Source of the DNA: Raillietiella orientalis
Taxonomy: Eukaryota
Reading direction: 5' to 3'
Assembly (NCBI GenBank): GCA_036172245.1
Contig: JAYWIR010000052.1
Location: 682,001 to 746,000, forward strand
DNA: 64,000 nucleotides
Shown here: positions 13,561 through 26,298 of the stretch, in pieces
Layout: each line of letters begins with the position of its first letter
Position numbering within the stretch: the first letter of the stretch is position 1
Program-made: the position numbers and the translations under genes
The notes under the pieces: model-generated
The model's database searches: none
What the model was told of the DNA's origin: nothing
What the model saw: only the letters and a program-made list of their open reading frames with translations

Positions 13561-14379
13561 ACCCACTGGCCAGAGTTCCAGCAACTTTCCCATCGCCAGC
13601 GCCAAGCGCGGCACCCAAAGCAAGTTGGTGGCGCAAGGAAGCGCCGAGCGAAGGCGAAGACGCAGACTTTCCAAGAGATTCCACGTCGGTCATCCCGGTT
13701 CCATCATGAGGGGAGGACACGATGCCATCGCGGAGCAATCGCACTCGCATTTTTTCCCTTTTTTTTTTTTTTTTCGGTTTCTTTTACAAGGGTCCAGGGT
13801 GCAAAAACGGGATAATGGCAAGTAAAAGAAAGATGGCGTCCAGCTATAACAACTCGAATGGGGTTCTGGCAGCACGTAAACTCTGAACCTCGTTCAAAGC
13901 TGACGAAGGATCGAGGCGTTGGTGCCGTTGCAAGGTCAGGTGGCGGACTGTGGTCCTGACGTCGCGGTCGGTGGTCCTGCGTGCTTGGCTGGTCGACTCC
14001 CAGTTGAGCTCACGAAACGAGAGCTTCGCTGTAACCGAATTTTTGCGTCCGCACCCGCGCGTCGCGGTCATCCCGGAAACTGCGATAACGGCATCACGGC
14101 TTGACGAAAGAAAAATAAAAAGGAAAATGACTGTTCGTGATCGGTCGGTCGTTTGCCCAAAATAGGATGCTGTTTGCTTGTTCGAGACTATATACCAAAC
14201 AACTGTTATATACACGGCGAGGAAAAGGCTCAAAGGTTAAGTACTTTATATTCGTCATTTCCTCCTTTCAACAACGCCTCCAACGTAGGCCGCCGTTATG
14301 AGCCTCCAAACGTTGAAAGGTCTCAACAGACTGCTGCTGAGGGCGTTGCTTAGCAAGGAGAAACTTCTTCCGCCAGAAC

Positions 14380-15530
14380 GAGATGCGGTTTCAGGTGCGC
14401 TTACGTCGCGAACGGAAAAGGACCTGCACCCGGCGATTGAAGCTGATCTGTAGAGGGAGCGAACCCAAGATCAAAGCAGCGAGCATCTTCAGACCCACGG
14501 AACGGGGAGGAACTCGGCATGCAACTGACAAAAGACGCCGTGGAAGTCCGACGAATGGAGGGTGCTCTCTGTCTCGCAAAAGAGCGGGAGGTGTCTCGTG
14601 CATAGCGGATATGCAGAGACGAGGAACAGCAGTCAAGAGTTTTCCGCAGCCCTAGTATCGGGCAGGAAGGGCAGGAAGTGGGAAGACAATCGATACGATG
14701 TGTGCAGTGGAGAAAAATATCCTGTGGGTACACCGTTAGGAAACAATCCCATCCACAAGGGATAAAAGTAACACTGTGGAACTATGGAACAAGAACAGCA
14801 AGACGATAATATGCCAATCGGTACAAAGAAAACAGCAGAATGGATAATATAACGGCAGAGGCGTGTCAGCCTATGAAAACAGAAGGCGCCGAAGACATCC
14901 AAATACATCATGTGATGCTGTCCAACCGTGTCCTCACAAAGAGAGAACGATGAGCCCATAGAAAAAGGGAAACATGGAAAGGAAAATGGAGAAAAGCGGA
15001 AAGAAGGCACATTCGGAAAAAATTATCTGATTGGCAGAGCGTCAACGACGTCAACGACGGACAACTTCACGCGCAGGACGTACACGGAAGCTACTGGAAC
15101 CGCACTGCGGAAGACCAAACCGCCTCCGGAAGATCCAGAGAATCTGTCCCCTTCTCCCATCCCTGCCTGAGAAGCCTGAACGGTAAAAGGGGACAGATCG
15201 CACGGATATGCACAGAGAGTTAAGCACTCGTGTCTGAACAGAGACCGTTTGCCCCTCCTGCGAAGAGAGGGGGTCGCAAGTGAAGATTTTTCAACGTACT
15301 TTTCGCTCAGGACAGAGGCTGGAAAACAGACACGATGTGCTAGGAGGGATGTTAGGAGGCAAGGTATCGCACCGAAGAGTAGAACCCGCTAGCGAGGATG
15401 TACCTAGCATCCTTCATTAAAGCACTCTTAAGGAGCTGGAGGAGGAGAAACTGAAAATGGGCAAGAGCAGAAGGAGTAGTGGAAGGCTTCCTGAAGAAAG
15501 AGACTGCTATGAACGTTCCTTCGGAATGCT
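14380..15530 (+). mobile_element. Degenerate L1/Tx1-like non-LTR retrotransposon 3' fragment
   Basis: Frameshifted LICRGSEPKIKAASIFRPTERGG/LGM resembles the L1/Tx1 post-RT motif F.W.G..P.I....L..P...GGLG. HGYAQRVKH../VCPSCEERGSQVKIF (~15200-15295) resembles the zf-RVT zinc knuckle. Boundaries approximate. Confidence 0.55.
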
Positions 15531-17329
15531 CGAACAATTACCGAGGAGAAGCATCAGTAACTCTCAGCAAAGATGTTGAAAAACCAGAAACTCCGCTCGT
15601 TTAACTCCGTCTCAGTGCAAAAGTGTTTTCTTAAAATAATGCTACCAGTATTGTAAAATGATGGAAATGAAAATGTCCTTGATGAATATCACGGAAAATG
15701 CACATGGATCTACGGTCAAAAGCCTTCTAAAAAGCTTCATCAAAGTATAAAGATTCTCTCTATTGACGCTTACAAGTAATTTGAAATCGTGGATCCTTTA
15801 CGATGCACATCCTTTCAATCTCGTGTTTTGCACCGAAGATCAAAGCCAGGGAAGCGTTCCTATTGGCTGTGCACACTCAAGTAGTGGAAAAATTCGAGAA
15901 TTCTGATTGGATCCGGAATTTCAGAATGCCCCTTTTGACATCCGGTGCTACCAAAGGCTTTGAGGGAAGGACAAATTCGTGCAGACGTGAATCTGCAGGT
16001 CCCCATCAAACAGAAACGCTGACAAAATCCTCATCTAACCGTAGTTTTAGAATAACAAACTTTCATAGACTGCATCAATTCCAGTGCATCGGACTGGAGG
16101 ACAGAAACAATCCAACAGTATGGAAGCAGCAAATTCATTAAAAAAAACAGCCTCTAAAGCCAAACATCAGGAACCACAACTGAATTTATTGTTGTGCAGA
16201 AAAGCAATTTAAATCGGAAGCCGATGGCTCTGAAACAATAACTAGATTGCATTCGAGGATGTTGCAGTCCATTGTCCGAGTGCATTCATCAGGAATGGAA
16301 ACTTGAGTTTTGAATTTTGGCACAGCCCCAAATATTGTGACAGAGAAGAAAAGCTTGAGCGTTGGTCTACCTTGACGAAACTATATGAAAATCCTGTAGA
16401 CATTCCTTTCACGGAAGACAGTTCAACTGATCTTGGCGATACTTTCAGCGGAAATCACGGAAATCTTGGCTTCCCATTTCTGCTGAAATACTTCCCTTAC
16501 TAGAAATCAAGGGACTGGTGAGGTATCAGATGTGATGGAAATCCCCAATTTTAATTCCAGTGGCTTAACGAGGCAGGTTGAAACGGGATAATTAGAGGAA
16601 GGCATGGGGTGAAACCTGTTATAGAAAAGACTACCGGGAGATAGTAGCTGTTTAGTAGATGGCAGGCCAATCCATTCAGGAAGTGTCAAATCCAGTAAAC
16701 GAAGCATCAAATGATGCAATCGTTTGTTCCGTTCACGGTTAGAACTTCACAGATATCGTTAGCAGTAGCGAGAGCAGAATGTAAGTATCTTTTTGATGCA
16801 GCCAAGCGGACAAGCCGGTTCTTGGAATCAAGACAAAGGTGTCCGAAGGTTTGAATCTGATACCGAGCATCTTTCCGTTTATTTTCTGCATTCTCACGGG
16901 TGAATTTGGCAAAAGTGAAGAACCTTTGAGGATTTTTGCGGACATTTCGGAGCTCTCTGTCTCCTTTCTGCTTTCCTCTTGGACTCCCTCTATACGGCAG
17001 CGTTGGCTCGTCGAGGATGGGTTCGAAGTATGCATCCCCGCGCTTGCCGGCAGGCGAATGGAACAAGAAGCAGCTGCTGATAATAATTCTCATCCATCGG
17101 GGGACGAGCAAAAACACACGGAAATTCTTGCCAAGTTTGCCTCTACGTACGAACGATGGCGATTCGCACTTCTAAATTGCGTGGAGCGTCACCAACACAC
17201 ACACAAAAAAAAAAAAACTTGGAAATGCTCGAACTTGGAAAGTGCTCGGGGTTGCTACACACGTCCAAAGCGCCGTTCTTTGATCATCCACAAATCCATT
17301 GCAATAACAAGTATGGGTACCACTGATTT

Positions 17330-17560
17330 CAAGGTCTTGTATTCCCGGAAATATTAATTTGATCCAAAAAATCCGTATGTACCTGACTTCCAACATCACA
17401 TGGCCCCCAATTACTACGCTTTATTGCAGATGCAATAGCTGATTGGTAACCGAAAAACATGAGCGATGGTCCCCCATTGATATGAGGCGCAAAGATCCAA
17501 CCCGATTTCCAGTTTCGAAGGGAATTTTCCTGGGAAACATCAGAGTACTGTTTGCTCCCT
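17330..17560 (-). mobile_element. Possible highly decayed non-LTR reverse transcriptase fragment (CR1/L2-like)
   Basis: Frameshifted GKFPSK/WKSGWIFAPHINGG.../PIS and GSQVHTDFLD loosely resemble G.FP..WK.A.V.PI.K.G...NYRPIS and G.QVD.IYLD. Weak. Confidence 0.3.
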
Positions 17561-20500
17561 CCCACTTGATACGAAAACTCTGGATGCTATTCTAAAATAA
17601 ACCGCTGAACTTTTCGTCCCAACTCATCCGGGCTAGTCCGACACCTGCAGCGATTATCGGGCAGCTGAAAAATCTGTGCCTGTCAACCAGCCCTTGCACT
17701 TCCATGGACTTGGTTGGGCAATGTGGATGGTACTATGTATGTATGTGGCCGAATAACGAGTGAAGCATGGTCAAACTGAAACGAATGAATGATAGGCATA
17801 ATTAACACCGAGTTCCACATGCTGAAGAAAAGGATTTTCCTGAAACCGGATGATTTCTTCTGATAATCAATCAGGGCCAAAGGCACCTTTATGTCTGAAG
17901 CTTAGTTTCAACTTGCTTGCATGTTCAATTGCAAATTTTTGGACTAACGCCAGCACATTAATGTTTATCACTGTTTAGCAGAGGATCTTAAAATACACCT
18001 TGAAAATACGGAGCAGCCACAATCGGTTCAATAGGAAACGGTTTTCTTTGGCTGCACATGGAGCAATAATTAAAATGCTGTATGATGCCAAACTGAACCA
18101 ATGCAATTGAACCTCTTTTTGTATGAAAGGTGAGTTAACAGGAAGGCTGTGAAAAATAAAACTCCTAAATGTAATTTTTCATACTGAAATGGAGTTTCAA
18201 AAATTACAATTGATTTAATCAACACCTGCTTTTTACTTTTGCACATTCAAACAAATCGCATGATCACAAACGCTTAGCACTAAACAGCAATTTTAACACA
18301 CTCTTGACCTGCAATGTTCCCAACTAGCATAACAAAATAATGCACCAACTTTTCTGTTGCAATGCACACGATTTAATAGCATGGAAGTTCAGAGAACTGA
18401 AACTATAGACTTGCTTGTTAACTACAGCTGGAAGTGGTTCAAGAAACAAGTGCAAATGTTTTGAAAGGACTTGCAAATTTCTGCTTTCCTGGTAAACATA
18501 AAGCAAAAACAGAGTCAATGCAAAAACTGTTCCAGAAAACCAAGGTATCTGATTCATTTTCAGTGCCATCCTTGATTCTGACAGTTATGGGTTTACAGCT
18601 GCTGTTTCCTTCTTTGCAAAGCTTCCCGAGCATTTAACATTTCAGACTCGAACCAAACAGCTAAACCATGCTGAAATGGAATTTAAATAGAAAAGCAGTT
18701 TTAACGTTGAAGGATTGGGAAATTACAATTTTTAATCCTTCACATAACTACAGATTGTGGTAAACTCAATTTTTGTGCAAACTTTGCCAAAGTTGCATCT
18801 TCAAATTCTTTAAATGCATTCTCAAAAGAAAGTATGGCTATATGGTGACATACTGCTTCTTGTCCTGTAAGTGTCACAGGCTGTGCTGAAAGTAATAACA
18901 AAAGTCAACAGGAAGTATTGAACTTAAATACCAAAAACAGAGGTTTGAAATCAGAGAGAAGATTGTACTCCACATTTTTACAAAATGGATGACTATTTCG
19001 TCGGAAACAAAAAGGTTCATCACATACTAATGAGGTTAGGTTCAACAATCTTACAAGCAAACGAACGGACTTTACCTATGCTGGACCCCACACTCTCAGA
19101 TGTTCGAAAATACTCGGTCGTAGCCACATCACAGATGTAACAAATGAAAGGGTATGGTTAACCCAGTTCATTATCTCCAGTAGCGATGAACAAAATATCA
19201 AAACGGATACTCATCACCGGAAACGTCCCACTGAATCCATATTCCGGAACCATTTTACGAACCGAACAGCAAGCCTCAATCCATCAGCTTTCCAGTAGGC
19301 ACCAGATTCGTGACAAACACGCATACCAGCATTTACTACCTTCACACATGGAACAATGCACACATAAAAATTGCAAGCAGTAAAAATGAATTTGTTCATA
19401 CGGACACGAGCATATTTGCATGAAATCTTTTACAAAATAAACATATCAAAAAAATAATGTGAATAGATGCTTTAATGGATGAATATACGTAAAGGTATTC
19501 ATGGGACTATAACTAATACATTTTCCTTTACGCATATTCATCATCGTTTCTCAGAATACATTATTATATTCCAGATATACGCATAAAGAAGTATAATCTT
19601 TCTAAATTTTTATCACAAATGGTGAAGTGACCCTATTTACAAGGAATATCTTAGTAAGAAGATATTTTCATTGAAAAGTGTATACCATTAATTATATGCA
19701 CAAATCTAAAAGAATTACAAAAAAGAAACGAACTCATAGTTATAGAAGGTGGAAGATGAGTTAAAGAATCAAGATGCTTAGGGAGTTTGAAAATTAAGCG
19801 AATGCATTTCCAGATTCATTTCATGCACAAATTTCATATTCGTAGTGAAACGGAATTCCAAATAAAAGGAAATCCATATATATTAAAAAAGCGCTAGGCC
19901 AACAATGTGTACCTGTGATTTCAAACGACACAATGCAATAATCTTAATCATAAAATAATGATGAAAAAAGCAAAAGTACTGCCATTTGTGTATCCATGAC
20001 AGTAATGTGAAACCGAATCCTTTCTTCCGATTAGCAAAATTAAGCCTCTCTTCATATTTTGCTCTTGGGGAAGAAATGTAAATCTCCACATCTGTTTCCG
20101 TATAGTCGTCCTATCTGAGCTGCAAAAGCGAGTCTGACGTGAATCTTTCGCGAACAAGTAGGGAGCACATCGAACTGAGGGGGCAAAGAGTGTTGCCAAT
20201 TCTGCAAGAATAGAGATTAAACAATTATAGATCAACAGATACTAGTATATGCGATAACGGACGCAGTACTTGATTAGAAAATGCGACAGGTAGCCCTGAA
20301 AATAAGACAGATTCAAATGTACCACAAACGGATTGCTGTTAATTCAACGGCACCAGTGAAAATAGAAGCTATCACCTTTCAAATTGGTGTCACCAGTGGG
20401 TAGCAATTGACCACAATTATACTGAACGCATTTGAGATTACATCGCATGAATATATATATATATATATAATAAAATGTTACAGAAGTATTAACAAAGGGA

Positions 20501-21039
20501 TTTCAGTGCACAATGCAATACTGTGGATTTTCAGTATCCAAAGCGATTTCAGTAAACGTCAACTAGGTCTGAAATTCATCAACACGTTTATTGAAATCAC
20601 AAAGTTCGGACAAAGTTCACCGATCACTTATTCGAAAATCATTTATTCTTTATGTTCAGCTCAAAATTCGCTTCAAGCACTTGGATTTCGCTGCAGAAAT
20701 CAGCTAGAACTTTGAGAGTTGCCTCTGTTGAAGAGAAATACCTGCTTCTCTAGGACAGAAAACAAGCACATTTTGCTGGTTCGAAAACAAAAGGAAGCCT
20801 TCTATTGAGTCCATGATATGCGGATAATGAGGACGGATTGCGCCCGCATGGCCGGCATTTGAGTGTATAGTAGTATTAAAAAGGTTTTTTTTTTTTTTTA
20901 ATTTTTAGATCATATGATACATAATCAGAAACTGTGGAATGATGTGGATCTCGTGACTGTACAATATGCATGTTAGGATGATGGAAATCCTTCCTTTCTG
21001 TCTTCGCAGCTCTTTGACAACTTTCCACGCCACCCGAGG

Positions 21040-21880
21040 GTGCGTGTTATTCTTCAAGATAGGGGGCACCCCTGGAGGGGACCGTCCTATGAATCCAGGA
21101 AGAGCTCCGTAGTAGGGAGTCCGTTCCTCTCACGCCTGGGGAGGGATCCCCGGAAACGGAGATCACCTCCACCCCGGTTGTCTCCGAAGGGGAACCCCGA
21201 AGGGAATATCCTCTTCCTTATTCTCTCCAAAGGTACTCCCGGAGGAATCCGCTCCATTCTTTCTTCTCTAAAGGGAACCCGGAAAGGACCCAATCCTGGA
21301 GTTCCTTCTCCGGAAGGAGCCCCCGCAAGGGATACCCTCCTGTTTACTCCTCTGAAGAGAACCCCGGAGAGACGCTCCCGAAATTTCTCTGAAGGGCGGT
21401 GAAGGGATCGGCCTGCTTCTCTGCACTCTCTGGAGAAGTGATGGCGGCACACCTACTCCATCAGTACGACACGGAGGGTCCCCCCGGAATGAGGGTCCGT
21501 TCTCCTTTGCACAACCGGAGGGGAAGAACTCCCACTCCTTGATTCCTGGAAGGACCCGAAGGTCGGCTCCCATTTGTCCCGGTCCTCAACGGGGGCATCC
21601 GGCCTCAACTGGTACCAGTGCCTTCGCATCCGGATAAATGGAGGCCAGCCAGCGTCATCTCGCGGGAGAAACTCGAACCCGCGATGCGCTGCGTCGACTC
21701 ACTTCGGAGTATTCGGACCCGCGGCATTTGGTGGTGCCACTGGCGGAGATAGCAGCCACAGGGTCTCCGATGCGGGCAAAAGTTTTCAAAAATTTCGAAC
21801 ATTGCCCAGGGTATGCACTATGCCTTGTTGGCTTATTAAATCTCTTGGAGTTCTTCCAGCTCCATGAGATGTGCCACACT
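21040..21880 (+). mobile_element. BEL/Pao-like LTR retrotransposon gag remnant with an internal 42-nt tandem repeat
   Basis: Frameshifted VPVLNGGI/LNWYQC, RING/ASVIS and DALRRLTSEYSDPRHLV resemble the Pao gag (DUF1759) motifs P.F.GD...W..F, L.GEA..VI and A...L..RYG.PR.IV. Preceded by degenerate 42-nt units. A related copy lies at ~42.4-42.65 kb. Confidence 0.5.
21181..21400 (+). repeat. Degenerate 42-nt tandem repeat
   Basis: Units start at 21181, 21223, 21265, 21307 and 21349 (exact 42-nt spacing) with core yctcy..a.gg.accc.gga.gg. More decayed units extend to ~21060 and ~21600. Confidence 0.8.
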
Positions 21881-21921
21881 TAGTTGCTTCAGGAAACTTC
21901 CCGTTTTGTTTGCTTCACTGT

Positions 21922-23238
21922 TTCCCACCTGGGTGCGCCGGGGCATTTATTGCTAAACTATCCGTGAACAGAGTTCCCGGACAAAGGACACAGAAAAACG
22001 AAGGAAGAACTCCCTGACACTCAGGTCGGTAAAAATGAAAGTCCGGATGATGCCAACCGGCAGCCGACTTCATGATCTCGTCGGCTATTCCGGTTGCCTG
22101 TCGTCGAATCGCCTGCTTCTCCAGCTCTCGGTGGGCCTTGTCGATGTCGCGGGTGCAACAGACCGTTGCGATGACAGCACCTAAAGACAGGCCGCTTGGC
22201 TTGAAGAAGCGGCGCATCAAGTCTCTTGCGGTGTCTCCCTGGTGCAGACGGGCTGAGGCCACCAGCCTCCGCCACTGGAGGACACCGCAGTCCAAGAGCA
22301 GGTGCGGGAGCGTTTCTGCTGCTCCGCACCTTTTGCAGTTCGGGGAGACAATCCCCCGGAAACAATGTTCGTGCGCTGGTTGCAATGGAGACCCCAATGC
22401 ACCAGCATGACAACGTCTTGTTTCCAAGAAAGGGGGAACACAGAAATGTTCAAGCAGGAGGGAGGGACCACAAGTTCTTCGGCGGGCACACTCAAAAGTT
22501 TGCTCCACCGAAGGAGTCTTTTCGGAATTTTGCGAGGCGTGGCGGCGTCTCCCAGCTCGCTAGTTCTCCAAACGCCCATGGGTTGGGTTGCTCCTGCAAT
22601 GGTGCAGGCGACCTCCCACCTTGCCGGTAGGCAGCTGTCATCACTCGCCCTGAAGGCAGACAGCGCTTCGGCGAGGGGCTTGACGGCCAGGTGAGTCCAC
22701 TTCTGGTTGTTCATCACCTCCTCCGCTGTACAGTAAGGAGAGAGGTTGACGCAACGGAGTTCCAGGCGGGAGACATCCTGTTGCCTTGCCCAGGCATACA
22801 ACGGTTCCTGCCGCCAGGCGTTGAAGTTCGTTGGGCGGCAGGCGATCCATGTCTGGGCTTCCAGGAGGCGGTAAAGAGGTTTCAAGGGGAAACCGAAGCT
22901 TCGTATGCGGCAGCAGCGAGAGAAGTCCTTCGCTGCCGGTGCAGCGCCTCAGTAGCAGGCGGGCGGGAGCGCACCACGGAGTGGGCCAAAGGTTGGCGTA
23001 AAGGGCCAACATTCGTAACTGCAGCTGCAGTTCGATCCTCTCCAACATCAGGATGCCCAAGCCGGCATCCCGACGCGGAACCGCCAAGTCCTTGAGGCGG
23101 ATCCTAAACCTCGCGGGTCCCCACAAAGCGTTTCTCAACAGGCGTCTTGCCTGGAGCTTGACCGAGTAGCGGGGCGGGCAAACAAAAAACAGGGGGAGGA
23201 GGAGGTGGGCAACGAAGGTGTTCCGGGTTGGAAGTCAC
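21922..23238 (-). mobile_element. 5'-truncated L1/Tx1-like LINE (copy A), TSD-bounded
   Basis: Frameshifted NTFVAHLLLPLFFVCPP...LRNALWGPARFRIRLKDLAVPRRDAGLG and HWGLHCN.../CKRCGAAETLPHLLLDC (zf-RVT). Flanked by ttgcttcactgt (21910-21921) and ttgcttcaatgt (23239-23250), 11/12 identical. Coding similarity stops at the 5' repeat. 3' end is AATAAATGCCCCGGCGCACCCAGGTGGGAA. Confidence 0.85.
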
Positions 23239-23518
23239 TTGCTTCAATGTCGTGATTGTAGAACACGCATGTTGCCTCGCTGCCCACTCACGTATGTTCA
23301 CATATGCTATCATTGCAAAAGGGCTCTTCTTTCCAGATTTTTGGACGACATCTTTCCGGATAACGAATGGATCAGTAGAATTTAAAGAAATGATAGCTTC
23401 ATAGGAAGTTCCAATGAAAATGCAGTATATTTTGTTAGTCAGTGCAAGAAGAAAGCAGGACTCTTCTCGCTACACTCTTTTACATGATGATTTTCGATTC
23501 CAATCGAGTACTAGTGAA

Positions 23519-24406
23519 CTACTGTACTATCTCGCCACCATGCGCGACTGTATCGCTTCGCAATGGAAATGAGAGGGAGATTTAGCCACGGAACCCGGGA
23601 GCTTTGGAAACAGCTGTCGCAACAGGCGTGGCTGCTGATGACCAAAGCCAACATCAAGGGAGAAAGACCAGGACGACGATGCCCTCGGTGCAGCCTCGAG
23701 GCGCTACGTGCTGGCCGTAGGGGCTGCACTCATGAGGAGTGACCATTTCCCGGACACTCAGGACAACGGCCTGTTGTTTCATCATGGAAGAATTCTGAGT
23801 GGTTCCAGAGTGCGGCACTGGACGGGGAACACGCAAGACGGACTCTGCAAGGCGTGTGGAGCGGTAGAAAAGCAGTCCCACGTATTCACCCGCCCTACTC
23901 TGCGATCCGATTGGCAAGCGGTGAAGGCGGTGGCCTGCTTGCAGTGAAGAGAGAAAATTGAACTTCTGGCGGGCTTGTTTCAGGGGACCGGAATAGTTCC
24001 CCTATGCAACCTGATGGTGTTTACCACGTTTGCCCTCTTCATCACAGCAATTGTGATCAGAAGGGCAAATCCGGACGAAGAGTGCCGGCATGGGGGATCC
24101 TGTAAGGACTATTGAAGAAAGAGATCGGGATCGGGAACTGCGGAAGGGTCCCAGCCTGGACTTGCCGCTACGCCCGGGCATAAGGAACAATTCCCCCGCC
24201 CTCCCTAACGCGAACCGCCTGGAAGGAAAAAAAAAAAAAAACGAAAAATGAAGTGAGAGTGGTGCGAGATGTAAAATAATTGTGAAACCGGTGCAGTTGT
24301 GAACAGATGAAAAGACAGAAGAGGCGGATTGCTGCTGCTTGTTCCATGTCTTTAAAGTTTGTGCTTCTAAATAAATTCGCCCCACCGTTGTCGGACCTGG
24401 GGAATG
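23519..24406 (+). mobile_element. 5'-truncated L1/Tx1-like LINE (copy B), TSD-bounded
   Basis: LFHHGRILSGSRVRHWTGNTQDGLCKACGAVEKQSHVF (zf-RVT-like). Exact 16-nt direct repeat atcgagtactagtgaa at 23503-23518 and 24407-24422. 3' end is AATAAATTCGCCCCACCGTTGTCGGACCTGGGGAATG. Confidence 0.8.
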
Positions 24407-25136
24407 ATCGAGTACTAGTGAAAACGAAATTGTACACAAAAAAATGATCCCTTGGAGTGGGAACTGAAGAGCAGAAGTACGAAGGAAGAGTCCTCTGAAT
24501 TCCATTCTCATCGCCTCTTCTTGTCCTATTCAGGACTGCTTTTTCCAACCAAAATCCGTTAACATGCTGTCCTCTTCGTAATGGAGAGTAGTAATCAATT
24601 CCTCTATTAAAAGGTTTTTCGATTTTTTTGTGAATGCTGCAACGTGAACACAAAGTTTTAAGTATGATGAAACAGTGTGACGGATGACGTTTGTGAAAAT
24701 ACACAACAAGACTGGACATTCCTCCATTCCTCTTTTTCCAATAGAGTAACTAAGATGGCAGCCGTTCCCAAAGGAGCCCCTGGCTTGGAAACTTGAATTC
24801 GTGCCCCATGAGAGGGGAATCTGAAACGGAGTGGAACGTCGGGTCGGACGGAAACTCCTCCGCCGCCGCCGCCACTTCCGATATTTCCGGTTCTCGGGCG
24901 GTGCGGATTTTCACTTTGAGATCGCTGCAACGCCTGACGGAAAGGCAGGTGGTGTGCTTCCTCTTCTCGATCGACAACAATCATCGTCAACAAACGATAG
25001 GTCGCCGAAACGGCGCGTGCCGCGTTTCCTTGACTACGCCTCCGGATTGTTGATTGGGCCGGAGCTGGGCGAGTGTCCATTGTCGCGGGGCGTCCGTCGC
25101 GTGCGCGTTCCGCGTGGCCTACCCCGAACCCGTCCC

Positions 25137-25920
25137 CCCGAGCGTCCAGCCGAGAGGACTTGTGCGATGGGGCGAGCTGCTCGCCATCCCCATGGATGTG
25201 CTGAAGTGGCCCCCGGTGCTTCAAGAATCCAGGATCCTGCCCCTTAAGTGGCAAGAGTCGGCGTTGCTGCTGTTGCACTGGGGTTTACCCTGCAACGTAC
25301 GCCGCTTCCACTGGACGAGGGGAGCTGTGGATCCTGCGTGTGCCAGGTGCGGGGAGCGGGAATCGCTCCCTCACCTTCTTGTGGACTGTTCTGCCCTCTG
25401 ACACCTATGGGACCGTTTTGGGACGACCCTCGGGCTCCCGGGGGGCAGCCAACCCAGAGACGTTCTTCGTCTTCTCTTCGTGCATGACGCCCTTCAGCCA
25501 GCTGCAGCCGTGGCAGCACTCTGCTGCATCCGAGGCATCGTGGCTGCCTGGAGCGATACCCGCGATGAAGGAGTGGATCCAGACGCGAGGGCTGTCATCC
25601 CATATGCGCAACGCTTCATGCGGAGAGCTACAGGATGGCCCCAGCTGGGTGGAATTCGGATGGACCTCGAGGGTATCCTGCGAAGGATGGGCCCTCCTCC
25701 CAGTGGATAGTGATCCCTTCCCTTCCCACCAAACTCTTTTTGTTTCTTTCTTTACTTTTATTTTTATTTTTTGTTTTCTCCCCCATCCCCCTCTACTGCC
25801 GAGGAGCGTCACGCCAGGCTGCGCCCCGGCAGGTCCGGTGTTGTGTGGCCGTTAGTGGGGCCTTATACCACGTTTTTGTAGAGTTTTTAAAATAAACGCC
25901 CCGGGCGTACCCCGGTGGAA
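25137..25920 (+). mobile_element. 5'-truncated L1/Tx1-like LINE (copy C), TSD-bounded
   Basis: LLHWGLPCNVRRFHWTRGAVDPACARCGERESLPHLLVDC (zf-RVT), frame continuing past one TGA to 25710. Exact 16-nt direct repeat accccgaacccgtccc at 25121-25136 and 25921-25936. 3' end is AATAAACGCCCCGGGCGTACCCCGGTGGAA. 21/53 aa identical to copy A over the block aligned by hand. Confidence 0.88.
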
Positions 25921-26298
25921 ACCCCGAACCCGTCCCTGACGTGGCCAGCGGGCGTTTGCCCGGTGCTGCTGCATCCTGCTTCCTTCCCTCCAAGGACAAA
26001 CCTGGGTCGAATCGATCATCTCCGATCGTAAGGTGAGGTCAGTCGAACATTCCCTCACAAAGTGCCTTTGTCGAAACGACCTCGGGAGGAGAAAAAACCG
26101 CGTCGTGCAGGGCAGGTGCCTGAACACGTGCTGGGAAAGGCATCGGGGAATACATTGAATTCTGTAACGTCAATAAATAAAAGGATCGAATTCTGTGATG
26201 TCAGTTCACGGAATAAATCCTGTGAGTAACAAGACGTGTTGGGTGATTGGTTTGTGATGGTGGAGAAATCGTCGGGCAGCATTTTTCAACGGGCATTT

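Noticed and set aside
15632..15670. Possible decayed AATAA-hairpin-GGAA end for the 14.4-15.5 kb LINE
   Set aside because: Weak match and no TSD located.
16707..17117. KNPQRFFTFAK, resembling a LINE pre-RT motif
   Set aside because: Wrong order relative to the nearby RT-like scrap, and a single motif is not enough.
21060..21600. CRISPR-like appearance of the 42-nt array
   Set aside because: Repeats are too degenerate, linkers are short and compositionally alike, there are no cas genes, the context is eukaryotic, and a homologous dispersed copy exists.
24750..24900. YY1/ETS-like motifs suggesting a promoter
   Set aside because: Short motifs that are common in this window, with no linked gene.
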